A stretch of DNA of 64,000 nucleotides from NCBI GenBank assembly GCA_963675495.1, contig OY776215.1, positions 1,248,001-1,312,000 of the forward strand. The letters run 5' to 3'. The notes below the pieces were generated by a model. That model saw nothing but the letters and a program-made list of their open reading frames with translations, was not told the DNA's origin and did not search any database. Of the stretch, positions 28,752 through 38,499 are shown one piece after another (positions within the stretch are counted from its first letter, which is position 1; each line of letters starts with the position of its first letter). The position numbers and the translations under genes were made by a program. The DNA comes from an uncultured Methanolobus sp. (GTDB lineage: Archaea > Halobacteriota > Methanosarcinia > Methanosarcinales > Methanosarcinaceae).

Positions 28752-29972
28752 TCATCCGTGCCTAAGAGCTTCCACTGGATCAAGATTGGCAGCTTTGTTA
28801 GCAGGATATACACCAGCCACCAGCCCGACAAGCACAGATACAAAGAAGCCCAGGAATATAAGATAGAATGGAAATACAGGAGGGATATTCAAAGACACCT
28901 CTACAATATAAGATCCAACCAGACCCAGAAGTGTTCCAAGTATACCCCCGATCACCCCAACTATGATCGATTCTACAATGAAGAGTACAAGAATGCCAGA
29001 CCTCGTAAAGCCCAATGATTTCAACAGACCTATCTCCCGGGTCCTTTCAGTAACAGTAACAAGCATGATGTTCATTATGCCTATGGACCCGACAATAAGA
29101 GCCACAACCGCTACAAGGGTTATCAGTATGGTCAGTGAATCTGAAAGAGCGTCCAATTGCTCTATTATCTCAGCCTGGTTGAAAATGCGGTAAGGTTTTG
29201 CATCATCGTTATCCAGGTCCCTTGAGGATACACCCAATGACCTTGCCAGACGTTTGTCAACTTCATCAGAGACATCCCTTACAGATTCGGCACTTCCGGT
29301 ATTCGCGGAAAAACCTCCATAGTCAGTGACATTAAGCATCTCGTTCAATGTCGCTATAGGGACGTATATAGTAGCATCACGATCAGGACCACCTGTTACG
29401 AAGGTATTATCCTCGCTTTCAAGTATGCCTTTTACCCGGAATTTGCGGGTCACACTCGTCCCATCCTGACGTTTGATAGTTATATCTATATAATTCTTGA
29501 TGGAGACATCCTTTTCAAATTTATCCTCTGCAACATCTTTACCAAGAACCGCTACAAATTTGTCTTTATCTGTGAAGAAATTACCCTCTTCCACCAGCAG
29601 ATTGGATATATACTGGGCATCTTCAGACACACCCTGTACATCAACCTGCCTCGTAGCTGATCGGTATGTTACTGCTGCAGTTTGCTGATTAAATGGAGAA
29701 ACTCCATCTATACCCGGAGTATTTCGAATGAGTTCCAGTTCACTGTCATAGAAAATATTAACATCCTGACTGTATATGATTATAAAATTAGAACCAAGAG
29801 AACCAAGCTCATCTGTAAAATACTGGTTAAAGCTTGCACCAAGGGAAACATTTGCCACAACCGCAGCAACACCTATTATGATACCAAGAGCTGTAAGGGT
29901 TGAGCGCAGTTTTGCACTGCTTATACTTCCAAGGGCAATTGTGAATGCATGCCTTAGACCGATCATGGTCAC
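28752..29972 (-). CDS. MacB/FtsX-type ABC permease (module 2, second copy)
   Basis: KLRSTLTALGIIIGVAAV; GIMNIMLVTVTERTREIG; LDPVEALR; paralogue of neighbouring permeases. Confidence 0.93.
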   Translation of the reverse strand: MTMIGLRHAFTIALGSISSAKLRSTLTALGIIIGVAAVVANVSLGASFNQYFTDELGSLGSNFIIIYSQDVNIFYDSELELIRNTPGIDGVSPFNQQTAAVTYRSATRQVDVQGVSEDAQYISNLLVEEGNFFTDKDKFVAVLGKDVAEDKFEKDVSIKNYIDITIKRQDGTSVTRKFRVKGILESEDNTFVTGGPDRDATIYVPIATLNEMLNVTDYGGFSANTGSAESVRDVSDEVDKRLARSLGVSSRDLDNDDAKPYRIFNQAEIIEQLDALSDSLTILITLVAVVALIVGSIGIMNIMLVTVTERTREIGLLKSLGFTRSGILVLFIVESIIVGVIGGILGTLLGLVGSYIVEVSLNIPPVFPFYLIFLGFFVSVLVGLVAGVYPANKAANLDPVEALRHG

Positions 29973-31183
29973 TCCTTCCTCAAAGCTTCAACCGGATCCA
30001 TACGTGCAGCCTTCCTCGCCGGATAAACACCTGCCACAAGTCCTACTAGAAGAGAAACAAAAAAACCGAGGAAAATAAGACTTAAAGGAAATATGTTTGG
30101 GAGGTCAAGAAAACTATTTGCTATCGTAGCTGCCCCCATTCCAAGAGCAGTACCAAATATCCCACCTATGAGACCTACTATCATTGATTCTATTATGAAG
30201 AGGGAAAGAACGTCCTTTTCACTGAATCCAAGAGATTTCAACAGGCCTATCTCCCGGGTCCTTTCCGCAACAGTCACAAGCATAATGTTCATTATCCCAA
30301 TTGAACCCACTAATAGTGAAATAAGAGCAACAGATGTCAGGAGCGATGTAAGGGCTGAAGAAAGTTGATTGGTCTGCTCCAGGATCTCTATCTGGTCAAA
30401 GACAACATAGGGTTTTGCATCATCATTGTCCAGGTCCCTGCCTGGAACTCCCAAGCTGCGTGCAAGACGTCTGTCTATCTCATCACCTGTTTCCCTGACG
30501 ATCTCCAGACTCTGGGCCTTTACGAAAAAACCTCCGTAATCATCCCTGTCGAGTATCTCATTCATCGTGTCTATTGGGATGAAGACACGAATTTCCGACT
30601 CCACTCCTGTTTGTGCAAAAGTTGTTTCAGGGTCCTGAATTACCCCTTTGACAATGAAGGATTGGGTAACAACACCACCATCCTCCTTTCGGAATGTGAT
30701 ATCGATGGGGTTCTTGACAGATATATTCTTATCGAACTTCTCATAGGCGACATCCGCACCTATTACTGCGACATAACGGTCCTTGTCTGTGAGAAATGTG
30801 CCCGAATCCAGATTGAAGTTCGCCACTTCATCGTAGTCCTCCGTAACTCCCTGGATATCGATCTGTCTTGAAACAGACATGTAAGTAACCTTCGCCATCT
30901 GTTGGTTTATGGGAGATACGCCATCTACCCCTGGAGTGGTACGGATAATTTCCAGCTCTTTATCAAAGAATACATCAATGTTCTGGCTGTAAATTACAAT
31001 AAAATTAGAGCCCACCGCTCCTATCTCGTCATTAAAATACTGATTGAAACTGGCTCCCAGCGAAACATTAGCTATCACTGCTGCTACACCTATGATAATT
31101 CCAAGGGTAGTGAGAGCAGATCTTAGTTTGGAACTGCCGATGCTACCCAGTGAGATCCTTATAGCCTGAGCCAGACTTAACAT
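29969..31183 (-). CDS. MacB/FtsX-type ABC permease (module 2, first copy)
   Basis: KLRSALTTLGIIIGVAAV; GIMNIMLVTVAERTREIG; MDPVEALR. Confidence 0.93.
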   Translation of the reverse strand: MLSLAQAIRISLGSIGSSKLRSALTTLGIIIGVAAVIANVSLGASFNQYFNDEIGAVGSNFIVIYSQNIDVFFDKELEIIRTTPGVDGVSPINQQMAKVTYMSVSRQIDIQGVTEDYDEVANFNLDSGTFLTDKDRYVAVIGADVAYEKFDKNISVKNPIDITFRKEDGGVVTQSFIVKGVIQDPETTFAQTGVESEIRVFIPIDTMNEILDRDDYGGFFVKAQSLEIVRETGDEIDRRLARSLGVPGRDLDNDDAKPYVVFDQIEILEQTNQLSSALTSLLTSVALISLLVGSIGIMNIMLVTVAERTREIGLLKSLGFSEKDVLSLFIIESMIVGLIGGIFGTALGMGAATIANSFLDLPNIFPLSLIFLGFFVSLLVGLVAGVYPARKAARMDPVEALRKE

Positions 31184-31200
31184 ACAAAGTGCATCCTAAA

Positions 31201-32433
31201 TTACTGTTTTTCCGCCCTGCGTTTGTAAAGGATGTAAGCACCTGCACCCACAACGATCAGTAGGAGCACTACTATGTAGATACCCGAACCACTGTCGTTT
31301 TCAACTATATCATGTTTCAATTGACGAGTATCGATCTGTTGAGTATGTTCATTCAGACCATTCCTGAAATCTGCATTAATGACAAGATCAGCAGGGAACG
31401 ACAGGTCTTCTGACACAGCTTTTGCGTTGAGCTCAATGGTAAAGAGTTCATCAGGGTCCATGGAACCTATGAAATACTCTGCAGGGGAAAACTCAACACC
31501 TTCGGCTTCCAGTTGAACACTAACAGATGAGAGCATATTCGGATGGATGTTCGCAACATCGAATTCGAGTACACCTTCGCCATTCTCAAGCACCAGTGGC
31601 TTTGAAGGAATGACCCTTACAGATGAAGAATCCACCTTTACAGGAATCCTCCAGTTGTTATTGTATGAATGTGAGCTGCCAACAATGGAAAAATCGAGAT
31701 AGTACGTTCCATCTGGAGTGCCTTCATCGACTTCCACGTTGTATGTCAGGTCCACTGATTCACCCGGACCGATGACACCATTTCCATAATAAGTATCTGT
31801 GGTGACTTTGATTCCTTCAACACCATCAAGAGATGCAGATTGTATTCTTGCGTTAGTATCATACTGTTCTCCGTCAATGGTTATGGAGTAATCAGTAGCA
31901 CTGTTCTGAAGCGTGAAAGAAATTGTACCTTCATCACCAGGCATGAAAACCTCAGGTTCTTTCACAGGTTCCCCTGAAAGCTGTATGGTTCCCTTGCTGT
32001 CGAAACTGTCAGAACCGACCCTTATCTCGAACTCTTTCTTGAACCAAGTACCACTGTTATCTTCCTGATACCATACTTCAAAGGTACCGGTGCCCTGTTT
32101 TGCTGCTGTGTCCGTAAAGAGCCTGAATTCTTCAACAGCAGCATTATCAGGAGTGAGTATTCCTACATTAACCTGTGAATTTGCGCTGCTGTCTATGGAA
32201 AACGGATAATCGGGAACCATTCTTATGGAGAGCCCTTCTGCCTTTGCATATCCCAGATTCTCCACTTTGACCCATACACTCACGTATTCCCCTATCTCTG
32301 CAGGGATCGGGTCGTACTTAAGGATACTTACCCTAAGGTCAGCACCATCAGCAGCAGATGCGTTCAAGGGCATCATAAGTGATACAATTAATACTATTAA
32401 TATAATGAAAAGCGGTTTCTTTTTCCCAAACAT
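31201..32433 (-). CDS. COG1361 S-layer-domain family membrane-anchored protein (module 2)
   Basis: Close paralogue of 26646-27881 (YDTNAR, HSYNNNWRIPVKVDS, YFIGSMDPDELFT); signal peptide and C-terminal TM. Confidence 0.8.
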   Translation of the reverse strand: MFGKKKPLFIILIVLIVSLMMPLNASAADGADLRVSILKYDPIPAEIGEYVSVWVKVENLGYAKAEGLSIRMVPDYPFSIDSSANSQVNVGILTPDNAAVEEFRLFTDTAAKQGTGTFEVWYQEDNSGTWFKKEFEIRVGSDSFDSKGTIQLSGEPVKEPEVFMPGDEGTISFTLQNSATDYSITIDGEQYDTNARIQSASLDGVEGIKVTTDTYYGNGVIGPGESVDLTYNVEVDEGTPDGTYYLDFSIVGSSHSYNNNWRIPVKVDSSSVRVIPSKPLVLENGEGVLEFDVANIHPNMLSSVSVQLEAEGVEFSPAEYFIGSMDPDELFTIELNAKAVSEDLSFPADLVINADFRNGLNEHTQQIDTRQLKHDIVENDSGSGIYIVVLLLIVVGAGAYILYKRRAEKQ

Positions 32434-32452
32434 AACCTATCCTCCGTTTTCC

Positions 32453-33166
32453 TCAATTATTACCAATAACTCCGTCTTTCAGATAAACGACCCTGTCTGC
32501 ATATTCTGCAAGGTCAGGGTCGTGTGTTATCATAACTATTGTTCTTCCTTTTTTATGCAGGTCAGAGAATATCCCCATTACCTCTTCACCGGTCTTTGAA
32601 TCCAGATTACCTGTAGGCTCGTCTGCAAGAATGAGGGAGGGATCATTAATTAGTGCTCTTGCTATTGCGATCCTCTGCTGCTGTCCCCCTGACATTTCAG
32701 ACGGTTTATAGTTAATGCGATCCGTAAGCCCGACGATTTCAACAAGTTCCTTTGCCTTTTTTCTTGCGTCAATACCTGCTTTTTTATTCGCATAGGTTGG
32801 AAGTTCAACATTTTGAAGAGTTGTAAGTCGTGGAACGAGGTTGAAATTCTGAAAAACGAAACCTATCTCAAGGCCTCGTAGTTTTGCAAGTTCAGGGTCT
32901 GATAGCGTGTTCACATCCTTCCCCATGACAACTACCTTGCCACAATTCGGCCTGTCCAGACAACCTATCATATTCATCAATGTGCTTTTGCCGGAGCCAG
33001 AAGGACCCATTATAGCAACGAACTCACCCTGCTTGACACTAAGATCTATACTTTTGAGTATGGGTACATCCATATCCCCCACATGGTAACTCTTACAAAG
33101 GTCGACAAGTTCAATTACGGGAACATCATCCCCTATCTCTGGACTATTGTTAGTATCCCCAACCAT
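32453..33166 (-). CDS. MacB/LolD-type ABC ATPase (module 2)
   Basis: GPSGSGKST, MSGGQQQRIAIAR, ADEPTGNLD; start set at ATG 33166 (ORF track 33205). Confidence 0.95.
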   Translation of the reverse strand: MVGDTNNSPEIGDDVPVIELVDLCKSYHVGDMDVPILKSIDLSVKQGEFVAIMGPSGSGKSTLMNMIGCLDRPNCGKVVVMGKDVNTLSDPELAKLRGLEIGFVFQNFNLVPRLTTLQNVELPTYANKKAGIDARKKAKELVEIVGLTDRINYKPSEMSGGQQQRIAIARALINDPSLILADEPTGNLDSKTGEEVMGIFSDLHKKGRTIVMITHDPDLAEYADRVVYLKDGVIGNN

Positions 33167-33349
33167 AATTAATTCCCCGATTAAACGCTCTTTTACAACA
33201 AGCACGCAATATTGATAGCAATACCTAATTTATCAATGTAAACTATCTCTGGCGTGAACTTATAAAAAGGTTATTTACAGACTTGTATTTTCATCGTATC
33301 TGCAGGCCTCTTAATTCTGAAAAATGCTTTTTTGATTAAAATAATAAAC

Positions 33350-33397
33350 TATAAATATTCCAAGGTACATGAAGTACTTGACGAAATATCGACAAAT
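33350..33397 (+). promoter_or_regulatory. Module 3 promoter: TATA box plus operator
   Basis: TATAAATA at 33350-33357, then ACTTGAC-GAAATATC-GACAAAT at 33376-33397, with the same 18-nt gap as module 1. Confidence 0.7.
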
Positions 33398-33442
33398 TCG
33401 ATTATTTACAAAATGACTTGTAGATTGGCATTTTGATAGGAT

Positions 33443-34075
33443 GTGGAAGGAATGTTGGAAGTACTAACAAACCCGAACGGGTTTTTCAAGAATAAAATAA
33501 ATGAAGATATCGAGTGGAAAAATCCGCTTATGATCATAGGCTTATTGGCAGTTATCGGAGCTATAAGTGCTTATATATCAGTGATGAAAGTAATGGAATT
33601 CCTGCCAGATGAAGCGGCAGCTTTTGCCGGTGTTGGAGCTGTATTTGGAGTTATAGGGGCTATAATTGGCAGCTTTTTCATGTGGCTATTATACAGTGCA
33701 GTGTTCTATATAATATCGTTATTATTCCATGGTGAAGGAAATTTCAAAAGAGTGATGGAATTCGTTTCCTACGGACTAATACCTAGCATAGCTGGTTCCA
33801 TAATAAGTCTGTACTTCACTAATAAAGTCTTTTCAAACATTGATTTTACCATGACTGACCCGCAGTTGTTACAGGAAGCAATATTATCAGACCCCTCAAT
33901 GAGAATTGCAGGGATACTCGGAGTCATCTTTTTGCTATGGAGTGCTAATATCTGGATATTCGGACTCATGTACTCAAGAAATCTGAGTCTTAAGAATGCA
34001 GCAATGACTGTAGGAATTCCGGTATTGATATATGTACTTTACACATTATTAAACCTAAAACTCCTTGGTGTATGA
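33443..34075 (+). CDS. Yip1 family membrane protein
   Basis: VLTNP..FF; five TM helices; GEGNFKRV...SY..IP; WSANIW.FGL. Confidence 0.82.
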   Translation: MEGMLEVLTNPNGFFKNKINEDIEWKNPLMIIGLLAVIGAISAYISVMKVMEFLPDEAAAFAGVGAVFGVIGAIIGSFFMWLLYSAVFYIISLLFHGEGNFKRVMEFVSYGLIPSIAGSIISLYFTNKVFSNIDFTMTDPQLLQEAILSDPSMRIAGILGVIFLLWSANIWIFGLMYSRNLSLKNAAMTVGIPVLIYVLYTLLNLKLLGV

Positions 34076-35355
34076 TAGTGAAGAATATGGTAAAAATAAT
34101 TGTTGTGGCTATGATACTTCTGGCCACTTTTTCATTTACAGGGTCTGCAACTACAGAGATCAGGCCTACACTGACCCTTGATTACGAGATCGAACCAGAG
34201 GTATTCATGCCTGGTGACATGGGAACTATCACAGTCACCCTTGAGAATATGGCAACCGGAGAGATATACGTTGAAGAGGATGAAGAGACACTGGACATGA
34301 ATGCGTACATTGCCAGTGCTAGTCTTGATGGCAACAGCGGTCTGGAGATACTGGATAAGAGTTATACCGATGTCGGGCTTCTTGGTCCGGGAGACACGCT
34401 GAAACTCACATTCAACATCAAAGTCAAGGACAATTCTTCAACCGGAGTTCATTTTGTGGACCTTATAATAGTGGGTGGCAGCAATATGTACGACCTTAAC
34501 TACCGCATACCTGTGAAAGTAGATGACAGGAACGCTAAGGTGATACTTTCCAATTTCCCCTCCACCCTGATGAATGAGGTTTCCACCGTAAGCGTTGATG
34601 TGGTTAACAGAAGACCAAACGACATCACAAGTGTCATTGTAACACCGCATGCAGAAGGTATGACATTCAGTCCGTCGGATTACTTTGTGGGCAGCATCCG
34701 GGAAGGAAACAAGTCAACTGCCACATTCACCCTGAACACAATGTCCAGTGAGGAAGGATACAGTGAAGTCTCATTTTCAGCCTCCTATTTCAATGGAGAT
34801 AACCTCCATAGCTCCGACACGGCATCTAAGGATGTCAGGATAATAAAACAATCTCCGCTTGTGTTCACCGGTATCGAGATCGAGAAGGCAAGTAACAAAT
34901 ATACTATTTCAGGCGACCTGAACAACTTTGGCATTACGGATGCAAAGAATGTGATGGTATCGATAGATGATATTGATGGTGTGGAACCTGTACAACCCTA
35001 TGCCAATTATTTCATCGGTACTCTGGAAGCAGATGACTTCAGCAGCTTTGACCTCAGTGCCCGGGTAACGTCAGGAAATATTTCTGCGATACCGGTACTC
35101 ATCGAATTCAGGGACCCGGACAATGCTTACACTGCTATTTCCCAGGAAATATCAATGGAATCAGGAAACAGCTATTCAAACAGTGAGGATGAAGGAAGCT
35201 CACTGGGAACCTGGTTGATTGCAGGACTGATTGCCATTGGTATTGTAGCTGTTATAGGATACTCATGGAAAAAACGCAGGGATGAAGAAAAAGAAGCAGA
35301 AAGGGAAGGGGAAGAGAACGACGAGATTCCCGATGAGGACGAACTCATTGAATGA
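34072..35355 (+). CDS. COG1361 S-layer-domain family membrane-anchored protein (module 3)
   Basis: Signal peptide; PEVFMPGDMGTITV; YRIPVKVD; YFIGTLEADD; TM plus WKKRR and an acidic tail. Confidence 0.8.
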   Translation: MIVKNMVKIIVVAMILLATFSFTGSATTEIRPTLTLDYEIEPEVFMPGDMGTITVTLENMATGEIYVEEDEETLDMNAYIASASLDGNSGLEILDKSYTDVGLLGPGDTLKLTFNIKVKDNSSTGVHFVDLIIVGGSNMYDLNYRIPVKVDDRNAKVILSNFPSTLMNEVSTVSVDVVNRRPNDITSVIVTPHAEGMTFSPSDYFVGSIREGNKSTATFTLNTMSSEEGYSEVSFSASYFNGDNLHSSDTASKDVRIIKQSPLVFTGIEIEKASNKYTISGDLNNFGITDAKNVMVSIDDIDGVEPVQPYANYFIGTLEADDFSSFDLSARVTSGNISAIPVLIEFRDPDNAYTAISQEISMESGNSYSNSEDEGSSLGTWLIAGLIAIGIVAVIGYSWKKRRDEEKEAEREGEENDEIPDEDELIE

Positions 35356-36044
35356 ATGGTGCTTACATGCAACATCCCATAGTACGACTGCAAGATGTAA
35401 CCCGTATATATACTCTTGGAAAGAACAAGATATATGCCCTTAACGGAGTGAGCTTTTCAATTGAGAAAGGTGACTTTGTTACCATTATGGGATCATCCGG
35501 TTCCGGTAAAAGTACTCTTTTGAATATGATCGGCTGCCTTGACCTCCCCACATCAGGCAAGGTGAAGGTCAATAATGTAGATCTCTCAAAACTGGATGAT
35601 GACGGTCTTACAGCTATCCGCAGGAACAATATAGGTTTTATTTTCCAGCAATTCAACCTCATACCTACCCTCACAGCCTTAGAGAATGTTGAGATTCCCA
35701 TGATATTCAATGGGGCATCCACTGAGAAGAGAAGGAAAAAAGCTCTTGAGGCACTAAAAAAGGCGGACCTACCACTGGAATTTGCAGATCACAAACCCAA
35801 TGAGATGTCCGGCGGGCAGCAACAAAGGGTCGCAATTGCAAGGGCGCTGGCAAATGATCCGCCAATCCTGCTTGCAGATGAGCCTACAGGAAACCTGGAT
35901 ACTAAGACCGGCCACAATATAATGGAGCTGTTAAAGGAACTTAATGGTGCAGGAACGACTGTTATCGTAGTCACGCACGACCCTAAACTGGAAGAATATT
36001 CCCACACAACCATAAATATACAGGATGGGGAGGTTCTGAAATGA
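35352..36044 (+). CDS. MacB/LolD-type ABC ATPase (module 3)
   Basis: GSSGSGKST, MSGGQQQRVAIAR, ADEPTGNLD, VTHD. Confidence 0.95.
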   Translation: MNGAYMQHPIVRLQDVTRIYTLGKNKIYALNGVSFSIEKGDFVTIMGSSGSGKSTLLNMIGCLDLPTSGKVKVNNVDLSKLDDDGLTAIRRNNIGFIFQQFNLIPTLTALENVEIPMIFNGASTEKRRKKALEALKKADLPLEFADHKPNEMSGGQQQRVAIARALANDPPILLADEPTGNLDTKTGHNIMELLKELNGAGTTVIVVTHDPKLEEYSHTTINIQDGEVLK

Positions 36045-37222
36045 AAATAAAACTCCCAAACGTTCTTAAAAATAACATGTATGCCGAGCTGGCAAAAAGG
36101 AACCTCAAGAGGCAGTCAGTGCGTACGATACTCGCGGCTATCGGCATCATAATAGGAGTAATTGCAATATCCTCCATGGGAATCCTGGGTAACAGCCTGA
36201 AACTCTCGGTCACTGATTCTTTTGCTGATATCGGGGACAAACTCATTGTTTCCCCTGCACCTGGAGAAGAATATATTACTGACAAGCAGGTAAACCAACT
36301 GCAAAAAGTAGGGAATATTGAAAGTATAATACCAATGTCATCCAGCGGGGAACTTATCGAGTATAAGAACGGAGGAGGCACAGTTCAGTCATTTGTTGCG
36401 GTTTACAATATTGAAAGGGATGAACTTGAAAAACTGGTAGAACTGGAAGAGGGTCGTTATTTCAAACCAGGATCTACAGATTGTGTTGTTGGTTCAAGTG
36501 TTGCCAGTAACCTGGAACTTAGCCCCGGACAGAAGATAGAGATAGATGATTCAAAGTTAAGAGTTGTCGGCATACTCAAAGAAAGAGGACTTGGATTCGA
36601 CATCAATACGGATAGCGGTGTTTTCACATCACCGGAAATGTACGATAAATTGTACCCGGACGATGATGAGGGATATGACCAGGTCATTGTAATTGTTAAA
36701 GATATAAATGAAATTGATGCTGTTTCAGATGAAATTGAAGAACGTCTCAATAAGAAGGATGAACTTGTCACAGTTTTTGCCACAAATGTAATAACTGAAA
36801 GCCTTGATGATGTTTTCAGGTCCATTTCACTTTTCCTCATGGGCATAGGTTCAATATCACTGCTTGTAGCAGGTGTAAGCATACTCAACGTTATGCTCAT
36901 GTCAACCATGGAGCGCACAAAAGAGATAGGCATCATGAAAGCAGTGGGCGCTTCAAGGAAAGACATACTGAAGATGTTCCTGCTTGAAGCATTGTTCCTT
37001 GGAGTACTTGCCAGCACAGCAGGAGCAATACTCACCATCGGTGGCAGCTATCTTGTAATGCTACTGGTTGTGAAGGACACTTCATACCTGTTCACATTTT
37101 CCAGCATGTTATACGTAATGGAAGGTTTCTTCTTCGGTATTGCAACAAGCCTTGTAGGCGGCATGTACCCTGCATTGAAGGCTTCAAGAATGAAGCCACT
37201 GGACGCATTGAGATATGAATAA
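36041..37222 (+). CDS. MacB/FtsX-type ABC permease (module 3)
   Basis: RTILAAIGIIIGV; SILNVMLMSTMERTKEIGIMKAVGA; YPALKAS.MKPLDALRYE. Confidence 0.93.
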   Translation: MKIKLPNVLKNNMYAELAKRNLKRQSVRTILAAIGIIIGVIAISSMGILGNSLKLSVTDSFADIGDKLIVSPAPGEEYITDKQVNQLQKVGNIESIIPMSSSGELIEYKNGGGTVQSFVAVYNIERDELEKLVELEEGRYFKPGSTDCVVGSSVASNLELSPGQKIEIDDSKLRVVGILKERGLGFDINTDSGVFTSPEMYDKLYPDDDEGYDQVIVIVKDINEIDAVSDEIEERLNKKDELVTVFATNVITESLDDVFRSISLFLMGIGSISLLVAGVSILNVMLMSTMERTKEIGIMKAVGASRKDILKMFLLEALFLGVLASTAGAILTIGGSYLVMLLVVKDTSYLFTFSSMLYVMEGFFFGIATSLVGGMYPALKASRMKPLDALRYE

Positions 37223-37243
37223 TGCACACATCCAGGTGTGCAT
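37222..37243 (+). terminator. Hairpin directly after the module 3 permease
   Basis: ATGCACAC-ATCCAG-GTGTGCAT; no strong T-run follows. Confidence 0.35.
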
Positions 37244-37377
37244 CCATAATTTCACGTTCGGATGATAATACCATTTTCAAGCTCCCAAAAAGCAAGTTCA
37301 CACAAGACATTAATTGTGCCCATAGATTGCTATAAATAGTATCAAAAAGAACTTTATTTAAATACAGGAGCCACTAT

Positions 37378-38487
37378 ATGAGATCTGCTTTTTTGTCCCT
37401 GACAGCTATCCTACTGATAATCACCCTTACAAGCCCTTCTTTTGCAATTGATTGTACATCAGACACCTACGATATTAACATCATCGACATCTACTCGGAT
37501 CTTGAGACATGTGACTTAACATTACACAGTTCAGAACAGATCAGCGGACTGGAACTTGAAGTCTACATGGAACATGAAGGCAGCATACTGGACAGGGAAA
37601 CTTTCACCATAGACAGCATCTCACCCGGCTCAGATATAATTAAAGCATTTGAGTGGAACACCGACAATAAAGGTGATGGAAAATACACTGTTAAGAGCAT
37701 TGTCTCAAAAGATGGATGCGCCATTCATGAGAATACATATAATTTTGTTAACGGAAGGCAGACAATACCAAGGATAACAGTTGATGACCTGGTACCTAAC
37801 TCACAGGGATTCAGTGTAATGATAACACCTCTAAAAGCTGTTCTCGTTGATGTCGAATACATGCTTATGGATGGCTCGGATGTGATCTATTCAGGCACTG
37901 AGAAAAAAATATCCGTACACACACAACCAATGGAAGTGAGTAAGGACTGGAACGTGCTGCTTGAGAACAATAAGGATTACATCGGAAGGATCAAGGTCAA
38001 AATGTACTCACCTTCTGTGAGTTATATTGCCCTCACCGAGGAATTCATGGCAGCAGATGATGTTTTCATCAGTGACACATACGAGGATGATATTGGAGCC
38101 AGCGCAACCATTGAAGGCATATCGCAGGTACCTTTTACAGGGTCAGTGAGATTCACAGTTTCAAAGCAGGAAGATAATGGTAAAACTGTAATTGAATCCG
38201 TTACAAAGAAATCACCTGTACTTCTCAATGATGACGACGAAACTGTTGAGACAATATGGGAAGAACGCCTAAGCACCGGAGTATATTCACTTGTAATTGA
38301 GGTCATTGGTAACGACGGAGACATACTCGACATAGAGGAAAGTATTATCGAATCTGATTACGAGCCTGCAACTGAGCAGGTCAACACAACTACCCAAGAT
38401 ACAGAACAATCTCCCGGATTCATGTTACCTGTTACTCTGACAAGCATTGTAATTACTGCAGCAGTATTCAGGCGAGAACAACATTGA
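37378..38487 (+). CDS. Secreted beta-rich protein with PGF-CTERM sorting signal
   Basis: Signal peptide; acidic Ig-like composition; Thr-rich linker followed by QSPGF, a TM helix and RR. Confidence 0.75.
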   Translation: MRSAFLSLTAILLIITLTSPSFAIDCTSDTYDINIIDIYSDLETCDLTLHSSEQISGLELEVYMEHEGSILDRETFTIDSISPGSDIIKAFEWNTDNKGDGKYTVKSIVSKDGCAIHENTYNFVNGRQTIPRITVDDLVPNSQGFSVMITPLKAVLVDVEYMLMDGSDVIYSGTEKKISVHTQPMEVSKDWNVLLENNKDYIGRIKVKMYSPSVSYIALTEEFMAADDVFISDTYEDDIGASATIEGISQVPFTGSVRFTVSKQEDNGKTVIESVTKKSPVLLNDDDETVETIWEERLSTGVYSLVIEVIGNDGDILDIEESIIESDYEPATEQVNTTTQDTEQSPGFMLPVTLTSIVITAAVFRREQH

Positions 38488-38499
38488 AGGTTGTGACCG

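Noticed and set aside
37324-37345. Further operator copy upstream of the PGF-CTERM gene (ATAAATAGT core)
   Set aside because: The palindromic arms are missing and the match is explained by a TATA box
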